Positions 33,314 to 39,086 of a stretch of DNA of 39,086 nt are shown here, piece after piece. This DNA is from an uncultured Gammaproteobacteria bacterium (GTDB lineage Bacteria > Patescibacteriota > Patescibacteriia > UBA9934 > GWF2-40-263). The notes beneath the pieces are model-generated. The model did not search any database, was not told the origin of the DNA, and was given only the letters and a program-made list of their open reading frames with translations. Each line of letters starts with the position of its first letter. Position 1 is the first letter of the stretch. The translations under genes were made by a program, and so were the position numbers. The stretch spans positions 1 to 39,086 of the forward strand of contig CAZNKO010000003.1 in the NCBI GenBank assembly GCA_964573855.1. Reading direction: 5' to 3'.

Positions 33314-34384
33314 ATGCCGATGCGCATCCAAAATTTGTTGGAGCGGATGCGACGTCCGCGTTTCCTCGCCAGCGCCGCCGTGGCCGCGCTGGCGATTGTA
33401 TTGCTGCTTGGCGGCTACGCGTTCCGCGGCGTGTGGTGGCCGCGCGGAGCGGAAGAGGGCAGCGCGCAAACGCCCGTTCAAGGCGAATTTCGCCACCCGC
33501 TCACGGGGGTCCGCCTGGAGGAGCCGATCGAGCGACCACAGGTGTATGGCCTCATGGTGGACCATTCCCAGGACGCGTGGCCCCCAAGCGGAGTGGACCA
33601 GGCGTTTCTCGTAATCGAGGCGCCGGTCGAGGCCGGCATCCCGCGCCTGCTCGCTTTTTTTTCTTCCGATCAGCAGGTGGACAAAATCGGTCCCGTCCGT
33701 TCCGCGCGTCCGTATTTTGTCGATTGGAACAACGAGCTCGACGCGCTCTACGTGCACGTAGGCGGATCCGATGCCGCGCTCGAGCAAATTTCCCTGGACG
33801 GCACATTCGATTTGAACCAATTTTGGAACGGGAACGTCTTCTGGCGCGCGCCGGACCGCGTTGCCCCGCACAATACCTACACGTCAACCGATCTCCTCGC
33901 CTCCGCGGTCGCGAAATTCCGCGCCGCAAGCAAGGCTCCGTTTCTCGTGTACGGCTCTTGGAAGTTTCAGGACCCGCCGGCCCTGCGCCCGGAGATGGGG
34001 ATTGGCGTCATGATCGATTATTTCCCGACGATCTATCGCGGCACGTGGAAGTACCAGCCGGACACCAATACCTACCGGCGTCTGCAAAGCGGTTTGCCGT
34101 TTGCGATGCAAAACGGAACGGTGATTGAAACAAATAACGTCGCTGTCATGATCACGGGCATTCAAGTGATCGACCAGATCGGCCGGCGTCAGGTGAAAAC
34201 GATTGGGGAAGGGGAGGCGCTCGTATTTCGCGATGGGGAGATGATCTCCGCAAAGTGGAAAAAGCCATCGCAAAGCGAACGTCTTCGGTTCTATGATGAA
34301 AGCGGCCAGGAGATTTTGTGGAATCCCGGGCAGACGTGGATCGAGGTGGTGGACAGCCGCGACCGCGTGATTGTGCAGAAGTGA
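33314..34384 (+). CDS. DUF3048-domain protein (YerB-like)
   Basis: N-terminal TM/signal anchor, then PLTG ... RPQVYGLMVDHSQDAWPPSGVDQAFLVIEAPVEAGIPRLLAFF ... GPVRSARPYF. Confidence 0.8.
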   Translation: MPMRIQNLLERMRRPRFLASAAVAALAIVLLLGGYAFRGVWWPRGAEEGSAQTPVQGEFRHPLTGVRLEEPIERPQVYGLMVDHSQDAWPPSGVDQAFLVIEAPVEAGIPRLLAFFSSDQQVDKIGPVRSARPYFVDWNNELDALYVHVGGSDAALEQISLDGTFDLNQFWNGNVFWRAPDRVAPHNTYTSTDLLASAVAKFRAASKAPFLVYGSWKFQDPPALRPEMGIGVMIDYFPTIYRGTWKYQPDTNTYRRLQSGLPFAMQNGTVIETNNVAVMITGIQVIDQIGRRQVKTIGEGEALVFRDGEMISAKWKKPSQSERLRFYDESGQEILWNPGQTWIEVVDSRDRVIVQK

Positions 34385-34414
34385 GGAGGGTTGGGTACCG
34401 CCTGACGATGAGAT

Positions 34415-34557
34415 GTTCGGGCTTCGTCGCGCTTAGCGCGACTTCGCGTTCGGTCGCGTGAGACCAGACGGTTCGGTAATCGTTCGAACGCCATCAGGCA
34501 CCGAACCTGTCAGGCGCCAGCCGAACGCTGCTTCCCGTCGACAGGCAGCACCGAACC
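34415..34557. repeat. ORF-less ('empty') copy of the GGTTCGGT/ACCGAACC palindromic element
   Basis: CGTTCGGTCGCGTGAGACCAGACGGTTCGGTAAT resembles 23555-23587. CAGGCACCGAACC...CAGCCGAACGCTGCTTCCCGTCGACAGGCAGCACCGAAC resembles 23958-24017. The loop is only ~17 nt. Confidence 0.75.
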
Positions 34558-34562
34558 GCTTT

Positions 34563-35486
34563 TTATATTTCCGTCACGACCACGCGGTCGAAACCGTCGA
34601 GGTCTTTGAGGATGTGCGGCACCGCTTGGGGAAAATCGTGGCGGACGAGAGAGCGCATCCGCTCCGTCTGCGAAGGATCAATTTCACAAAAGACGGTCAC
34701 GCGGTGCGGAAGCGTCTTACGGCTCCGGCAAAGATTTCGGGAGAATTCCCAATACGCATCGAGTCCGTCTGCTCCAGCCACGAGAGCCATTTTAGGCTCA
34801 TAGTCCCGGATTTCCGACTGGGCCGTTTCCCATTGGTGTTCCGTGAGATAAGGGAGGTTGGCGCAGATGACAAGGTGGTGGATCGGGGAGCGCCGTCCGC
34901 CCGCTTTTATTTTTTCAAACATACGAACCAGGGGTTCAATCAAGGAGCCTTCGCGAAGATCAACGAGATCCGTTACTTGATGCGTTTCGGCGTTCTTTCG
35001 TGCGAACTGAAGAGCCGATGGGCTTATGTCCACGGCCATGACGGGCAGGCTCGTTTTTGCTGCAAGCGTGATCGCGATCGCGCCGGAGCCTGTGCCAATG
35101 TCCGCGAAGAGCACGCGGTCCGGGCTCGAGGTCTTGGCCTCTGAAATTGCGGCCTCGACGAGCGTCTCGGTGGCCGGGCGCGGGATGAGGACAGAGGGGC
35201 TGACGAAAAATTTGCGGCCGTAGAATTCTTTCGAGCCAACCAGATAGGCGACGGGTTCATGGCGGAGCCGGCGCGCGATGAAGGCGCGGTAGCGTTCCTC
35301 GCGCGCCGCGGGAACTTCCGCGTCAAAGTGACTGAAAATCCATGCCTTCGGCATTTCGAGGGCCGAGGCGAGAAGGATTTGGGCGTCGAGATTGGGCGAG
35401 TCGAGCCGCGTTTTTGTTTCCGAGTCCGAGTCTATGTGCGCCTTGAGTTGTTCGGTTCCCCAGGTCAGGGCTTCCATGATGGTCAT
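34563..35486 (-). CDS. prmC: release-factor glutamine methyltransferase
   Basis: HEPVAYLVGSKEFYG, SAM motif DIGTGSGAIAI, and catalytic tetrapeptide present as NLPY (usually NPPY). Confidence 0.9.
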   Translation of the reverse strand: MTIMEALTWGTEQLKAHIDSDSETKTRLDSPNLDAQILLASALEMPKAWIFSHFDAEVPAAREERYRAFIARRLRHEPVAYLVGSKEFYGRKFFVSPSVLIPRPATETLVEAAISEAKTSSPDRVLFADIGTGSGAIAITLAAKTSLPVMAVDISPSALQFARKNAETHQVTDLVDLREGSLIEPLVRMFEKIKAGGRRSPIHHLVICANLPYLTEHQWETAQSEIRDYEPKMALVAGADGLDAYWEFSRNLCRSRKTLPHRVTVFCEIDPSQTERMRSLVRHDFPQAVPHILKDLDGFDRVVVTEI

Positions 35487-35497
35487 GGGGGAAGGCT

Positions 35498-35525
35498 ACA
35501 AGAGACAAGGGACAAGAGACAAGGG
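35498..35525. repeat. perfect 14-nt tandem duplication just upstream of the prmC start
   Basis: ACAAGAGACAAGGG x2 on the plus strand, 12 nt from the prmC ATG. Confidence 0.85.
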
Positions 35526-35527
35526 CA

Positions 35528-35635
35528 GGGAAAAAGACCCGCCGTCGCTTCAGACTTTTCCGCCAAAGGCGGACCAGCCTCTGGCTGGGGCGGGTTCTTT
35601 GTTTTTGATTGGTGAATTATGATGAAAGAAAAAGC
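35528..35635 (-). repeat. 108-nt structured repeat, copy B (sense with flanking minus-strand genes)
   Basis: Its reverse complement matches 6542-6649 with 4 mismatches. Confidence 0.85.
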
Positions 35636-35662
35636 CCCGCTCCTTTGAAGAAGGGGCGGGGC
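35624..35662 (-). terminator. intrinsic terminator
   Basis: The minus strand reads GCCCCGCCCCTT-CTTCAA-AGGAGCGGGGC followed by TTTTTCTTTC. Confidence 0.7.
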
Positions 35663-36008
35663 GAAGATTTCGGTCGCCCGGACTTTGACGGGCAGAGGGG
35701 GGAGGGGGGGACCCACCCACCCGTTTTTAGAACGAACGACCGAAGAGGGTGTCCATGACCCGAAGGTCACCAGGGGCTCCCTGCCAGCAAGACTCAACCG
35801 GCGAGTGCAACTGCTTGTAACACGTGGGGCGCGCTACAAGGGACGTGCGGTTCGAGAGACAGTCCAGATTAAAGACAACCGGGAAGTCCAGGTTAGAGGG
35901 CGGCACGTCTTCCGGGGTGAGGAGCCCCAAGGCCGGCGATCTGACAAGGTTTCCGCGGGCGCCAGTTTGGCTGCCTGCCGAACCGTTTTCGTATATAAAG
36001 AGCATTGT
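35663..36008 (-). other. unassigned promoter-to-terminator unit: leaderless 92-aa ORF (35727-36005) or a structured RNA
   Basis: It is bounded by TTGACA-N17-TAGCCT and the terminator at 35624-35662. It contains the UUCG-loop hairpin GTGACC-TTCG-GGTCAT, a G-run/C-run hairpin (35691-35725), and a stop-free frame beginning 9 nt after the -10 box. Confidence 0.4.
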
Positions 36009-36014
36009 GTGGGC

Positions 36015-36043
36015 AGGCTAACAAGGGCGGCTCATGTTGTCAA
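36015..36043 (-). promoter_or_regulatory. sigma70-like promoter TTGACA-N17-TAGCCT (minus strand)
   Basis: On the plus strand, TGTCAA is at 36038-36043 and AGGCTA at 36015-36020, with a 17-nt spacer. It overlaps the 3' end of the nucleotidyltransferase gene. Confidence 0.35.
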
Positions 36044-36709
36044 GTCTTGTACAGCCGCGAGCTCCTCTGGCGTCCCGACCGGGCGCCATCCGGTCGCGAA
36101 TTCCGCATGAACCGGGAGGTTTTTGGCCATCTCGACCAAGGTATGAGGGAGGCTGAATTCTTTGTGAGCACGGACGGGGATGGAAATCAGGGGGTAATGA
36201 AAAAAACGCTCATCGAGGAGGTACGCGCCGCAGATTTGGAGCTTCTCCTCCTCCGCCGGGGCGCGTGCCTCGATTGCCGCCAGTCGTTCATCGGCGTCGA
36301 GCAGGGCCGAAAAGGGAATGGAAGCGCGGGTTCGGTTGAGAAGGATGCCAAGCGGGTGAGCGGTAAGGCGCTCCAGGTCCGCCTTTGTATAAAGATCATC
36401 TCCATTCACAACTAAAAATCGGTCGTGCAGGTATTTTTTTGTCCGATGAATCGCGTCACCGGTGCCGGTCAGTTTTGTCTGCACCACGTACCGGACGGGT
36501 TTTCCCTTCCACATTTTTCCGATCCGGCGTCGAATTTGGTCGCGCTTGTAGCCGACGACGATCAGAATTTCCGTGACCGGATCTGGCAGAGCGTCGAGAA
36601 TCCGCTCGAGGAGCGGCTGGCCTTGAATGTCGACGAGCGCTTTCGGGGTTTCAAGCGTGAACGGGCGCAACCGCGTGCCTTCGCCGGCCGCAAGGATAAC
36701 GGCCTGCAT
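36032..36709 (-). CDS. sugar-phosphate nucleotidyltransferase (NTP_transferase family)
   Basis: MQAVILAAGEGTRLRPFTLETPKALV and GTGDAI are signature motifs of the family. Confidence 0.85.
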   Translation of the reverse strand: MQAVILAAGEGTRLRPFTLETPKALVDIQGQPLLERILDALPDPVTEILIVVGYKRDQIRRRIGKMWKGKPVRYVVQTKLTGTGDAIHRTKKYLHDRFLVVNGDDLYTKADLERLTAHPLGILLNRTRASIPFSALLDADERLAAIEARAPAEEEKLQICGAYLLDERFFHYPLISIPVRAHKEFSLPHTLVEMAKNLPVHAEFATGWRPVGTPEELAAVQDLTT

Positions 36710-36710
36710 A

Positions 36711-37073
36711 TCAAGCTTCCGCTATGTCGTGGCGTTCGCTGATCTGTTCCCCTGCGTTCTCAAGCGGTTTCATCGCGGCGGAAACGGCCAAGGCCTGCCG
36801 CGTCAATTCTTCCGAGCGGTTCCGGAGCGTCCGGAGACGTTCGTCTCCCGCCCCGGTTGCCTCTGCATGCCGCAAGATATCTTTGACCGCGTTCAGTTCG
36901 GCAAGAATTTCACTGAGCTGTTTATTCATGGCTTCCAGCTGGTCATTGATAGATCGCAGGGCCTCAAAAGCTTTTTCTCGTCTCGCGGCCGGCTCTTTTG
37001 ACGGAGCGCGTTCCAGATGGCGCATAGAATGGGAAAAAAGATTAATCGCTTGCGGTCTTTTCACGCTCCGCAT
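36711..37073 (-). CDS. hypothetical coiled-coil protein (start uncertain: 37073 or 37025)
   Basis: The ORF lies between prfA and the nucleotidyltransferase gene. Starting at 37073 would overlap prfA by 32 nt. No SD is visible for either start. Confidence 0.5.
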   Translation of the reverse strand: MRSVKRPQAINLFSHSMRHLERAPSKEPAARREKAFEALRSINDQLEAMNKQLSEILAELNAVKDILRHAEATGAGDERLRTLRNRSEELTRQALAVSAAMKPLENAGEQISERHDIAEA

Positions 37074-38109
37074 GCTTCAGGGCCGCGAGGACATCCTCGA
37101 GGGCCCCGTCCATGATACCCGGAATGTTGTGAAAATTCATCTTGATGCGATGGTCCGTCACACGATCTTGAGGATAGTTGTAGGTGCGGATTTTTTCCGA
37201 GCGTTCTCCCGTGCCGATTTGGCCGCGGCGCGCTTCAGAACGCTCTCGGTGCCGCTTTTCTTCCTCAAGGGCAAAGAGACGCGAGCGCAGAATCTGCATG
37301 GCCCGTTCGCGGTTCTGCTGCTGGCTCCGTTCATCCTGGCAGGAGACGGCGAGGCCGCTTGGCAAGTGGGTGAGCCGCACGGCCGAATAGGTGGTGTTGA
37401 CACTCTGCCCTCCGTGTCCGCCGGCAGTCATGGTTTCAATTTTCAAATCCTTGGGATCGATTCGGAGATCCATCTCCTCCGCCTCTGGCAGGACCGCGAC
37501 GGTCACGGTTGAGGTGTGGACGCGCCCCGCCTTCTCCGTTTCCGGGACGCGTTGCACCCGGTGCACCCCGCTTTCATATTTCAATTTGCTGTACACATTC
37601 GCCCCAGAAATAAGAAGGATGACCTCTTTGAATCCGCCCTGGTCATTCCGGCTTTCAGACACCAGCTGAACTTTCCACCCCTGACGCTCCGCGTAGCGCG
37701 TGTACATACGCACGAGCTCGGCCGCAAACAACCCTGCCTCATCTCCGCCGGTTCCGGCCCGCACTTCCATCACGATGTTTTTCCGGTCAAGCGGATCTGG
37801 CGGGACGAGCGCCTCTGCAAGTTTCTGCTCAAGCCCCGGGAGTCTCGCGCGGTTCTCGCTTATTTCCGATTCCGCAAGCTCGCGTAATTCCGCCTCCTTT
37901 GCCTCCTTGAACGTCTTTTCCGCACTTTCCAAATCCGCGAGCGTTTTTTCGTACGTATCTCCAACCGTGAGCACCTCTCGGGCGGCGGTATACGCTTCAT
38001 TGGCTTCTCGAAGTTTTTTTGGATCCGCGAGGACCGCAGGACTCGCAAGTTTTCCTTCCAGCTCCTCGGCCCGACGTTTTATCTTTTTCAATTCTTTTAA
38101 CAAATCCAT
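37042..38109 (-). CDS. prfA: peptide chain release factor 1
   Basis: RVPETEKAGRVHTS (PxT tripeptide as PET) and the GGQ motif AGGHGGQSVNTT. Confidence 0.95.
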   Translation of the reverse strand: MDLLKELKKIKRRAEELEGKLASPAVLADPKKLREANEAYTAAREVLTVGDTYEKTLADLESAEKTFKEAKEAELRELAESEISENRARLPGLEQKLAEALVPPDPLDRKNIVMEVRAGTGGDEAGLFAAELVRMYTRYAERQGWKVQLVSESRNDQGGFKEVILLISGANVYSKLKYESGVHRVQRVPETEKAGRVHTSTVTVAVLPEAEEMDLRIDPKDLKIETMTAGGHGGQSVNTTYSAVRLTHLPSGLAVSCQDERSQQQNRERAMQILRSRLFALEEEKRHRERSEARRGQIGTGERSEKIRTYNYPQDRVTDHRIKMNFHNIPGIMDGALEDVLAALKHAEREKTASD

Positions 38110-38131
38110 ATGTGCGAAAGTCTAACATAAA

Positions 38132-38282
38132 ACGTGGTCGGATGATGAGGCCGGGTGGCATGCAGCCCCGCCAACGGCGGGGACAACGCGCACCCGCCAA
38201 CATCTGCGAAGTTGTGGCGGGGAGCACTGGCGGGGTGAAGCTGCAATGCCAGGACCCGGCCTCGACCAGAACCTGACCACGT
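38132..38282. other. ~150-nt nested multi-stem element between rpmE and prfA
   Basis: ACGTGGTC pairs with GACCACGT (38132-38139 with 38275-38282). GAGGCCGGGT pairs with ACCCGGCCTC (38147-38156 with 38254-38263, 10 perfect bp). GGCATGCAG pairs with CTGCAATGCC. Inner hairpins are CCCCGCC-AAC-GGCGGGG and CCCGCC...GGCGGG. Confidence 0.65.
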
Positions 38283-38295
38283 AAAATGATGCGGG

Positions 38296-38583
38296 CTACT
38301 TTTTGGCGGCCTTTTCCTTCTTCTCGATCTTCTTGGCCTCGCGTTTCACCTTCTTCACTTTCTTGCCGGTTGGTGAGGCGGCCTTCTTGGCCACTTTCTC
38401 CTTGTACTTCTCGACCCGGCGGGCCGTGTCCACGATCTTTTGCTTGCCCGTGTAGAGCGGGTGGCAGTTGGCGCAGAGTTCGACGTGGATTTCCGGCACG
38501 GTCGAACCAACCTCGTAGGTTGCGCCGCAGGCGCAGACGATTTTGGCCTTCTCGATGTATTCAGGATGGATTCCCTTCTTCAT
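38296..38583 (-). CDS. rpmE: 50S ribosomal protein L31 with Lys-rich C-terminal extension
   Basis: MKKGIHPEY ... CACG ... [10 protein letters not shown]. Confidence 0.9.
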   Translation of the reverse strand: MKKGIHPEYIEKAKIVCACGATYEVGSTVPEIHVELCANCHPLYTGKQKIVDTARRVEKYKEKVAKKAASPTGKKVKKVKREAKKIEKKEKAAKK

Positions 38584-38658
38584 AGGTTCGCAGGTTCATA
38601 GGTTCGCAGGTTCGCAGCGGCCCCTACGGCCCTGTGAACCTTCTTTTTCTGCGATCCT
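38584..38658. repeat. AGGTTC(G/A)(C/T) x4 tandem repeat abutting the rpmE start, with inverted partner units
   Basis: AGGTTCGCAGGTTCATAGGTTCGCAGGTTCGC (38584-38615). Partner units are CTGTGAACCT (38632-38641) and CTGCGATCCT (38649-38658). On the minus strand the unit GAACCTATG is repeated, once as the real start. Confidence 0.7.
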
Positions 38659-38778
38659 ACGTTAAAAACGATGGCGCGAGTGTAGCAGGGGTGGACGGGA
38701 GCGTCAAGTCGGCGTAGACTCCCTGCGTTATGCCCCGTTAGAAGCCCGGCAGGTTTTGGCCTGACGCTAGGAATTAAT

Positions 38779-39086
38779 ATGGGAACGCCGACGGATTTGT
38801 TTTCGTACGACCTGCCGCCGGAGCGGATTGCGCAGGAGCCGGTCGAGCCGCGGGATCACTCGCGGCTTATGTTGCTTGATCGGAAAACCGGGGCATGGGA
38901 GCACAGAAAGTTTTTTGAAATTATCAATGAGCTCAAGGCAGGAGACGTTCTCGTGATGAACAACACGAAGGTTTTTAAGGCCCGTCTTCACGGCCGTCGG
39001 AGCGTCAAAAATAGAGATATCGAGATTTTTTTGCTCCGGCCTAAACCCGAGGCCATGCCTGGCAGTTCGGTTTGGGAGGTGCTGGC
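38779..39086 (+). CDS. queA: S-adenosylmethionine:tRNA ribosyltransferase-isomerase, N-terminal part (runs off right edge)
   Basis: My translation: MGTPTDLFSYDLPPERIAQEPVEPRDHSRLMLLDRKTG...AGDVLVMNNTKVFKARLHG, the typical QueA N-terminus. There is no stop before the window ends. Confidence 0.85.
   Translation, partial: MGTPTDLFSYDLPPERIAQEPVEPRDHSRLMLLDRKTGAWEHRKFFEIINELKAGDVLVMNNTKVFKARLHGRRSVKNRDIEIFLLRPKPEAMPGSSVWEVL

Noticed and set aside
35640-36030. tmRNA or RNase P RNA. The size (~380 nt), the GGGGCGGGGC start on the plus strand, GGACTTTGACGGG resembling the tmRNA 5' region, and AAAGTCCGGGC on the minus strand resembling RNase P P4 all suggested this.
   Set aside because: For tmRNA there is no T-arm or acceptor 3' partner (no GCCCCGCCCC(A)CCA downstream) and no plausible Ala-ending tag frame. 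For RNase P the AAAGTCCGGGC lies near the 3' end of the minus-strand unit, with no room for the remaining ~300 nt. I found no ACAGAACCCGGC-type P4 partner and no GGTAAGAGCGCACC-type motif. The unit is kept only as an unassigned candidate.

Overview
This is a dense, GC-rich stretch of mostly housekeeping genes with short spacers. I infer a small-genome uncultivated bacterium (Patescibacteria/CPR-like), but cannot verify that. Gene calls: dnaE, a tandem-GGDEF protein, thrS, miaB-miaA, gatB, two paralogous membrane proteins, secE-nusG-rplK-(small membrane ORF)-rplA, an MgtE-type membrane domain, gyrB, a SEDS protein (FtsW/RodA), rplY, DUF3048, prmC, a nucleotidyltransferase, prfA, rpmE and partial queA. 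There is also a pyrimidine-deoxynucleotide supercluster: tmk, dut, a ThyA-family enzyme, a DHFR-like protein, a dCMP-deaminase::NDT/DNPH1-like fusion and a Dcd-family protein. I saw no rRNA, tRNA or CRISPR array. Main points of interest: (1) In the pyrimidine cluster the ThyA homolog has Asp where thymidylate synthases have the uracil-selecting Asn. The Dcd homolog lacks the catalytic Glu. A deaminase is fused to an N-glycosidase-fold domain. Together these suggest cytosine-directed (5-methyl/modified dCMP) chemistry rather than ordinary dTMP synthesis. (2) The intergenic DNA holds several families of palindromic elements that sit exactly on gene boundaries. Three hairpins embed the start codons of consecutive genes. 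One inverted repeat supplies the stop codons of two convergent genes. There are filled versus empty hairpin pairs, one of which carries a four-helix-bundle (23S-IVS-type) ORF in its loop. A 108-nt structured repeat occurs twice. (3) A 57-bp duplicate of the dcd 3' end brackets a 0.75-kb single-gene insertion. All functional interpretations are inference from motifs read by eye; no searches were run.
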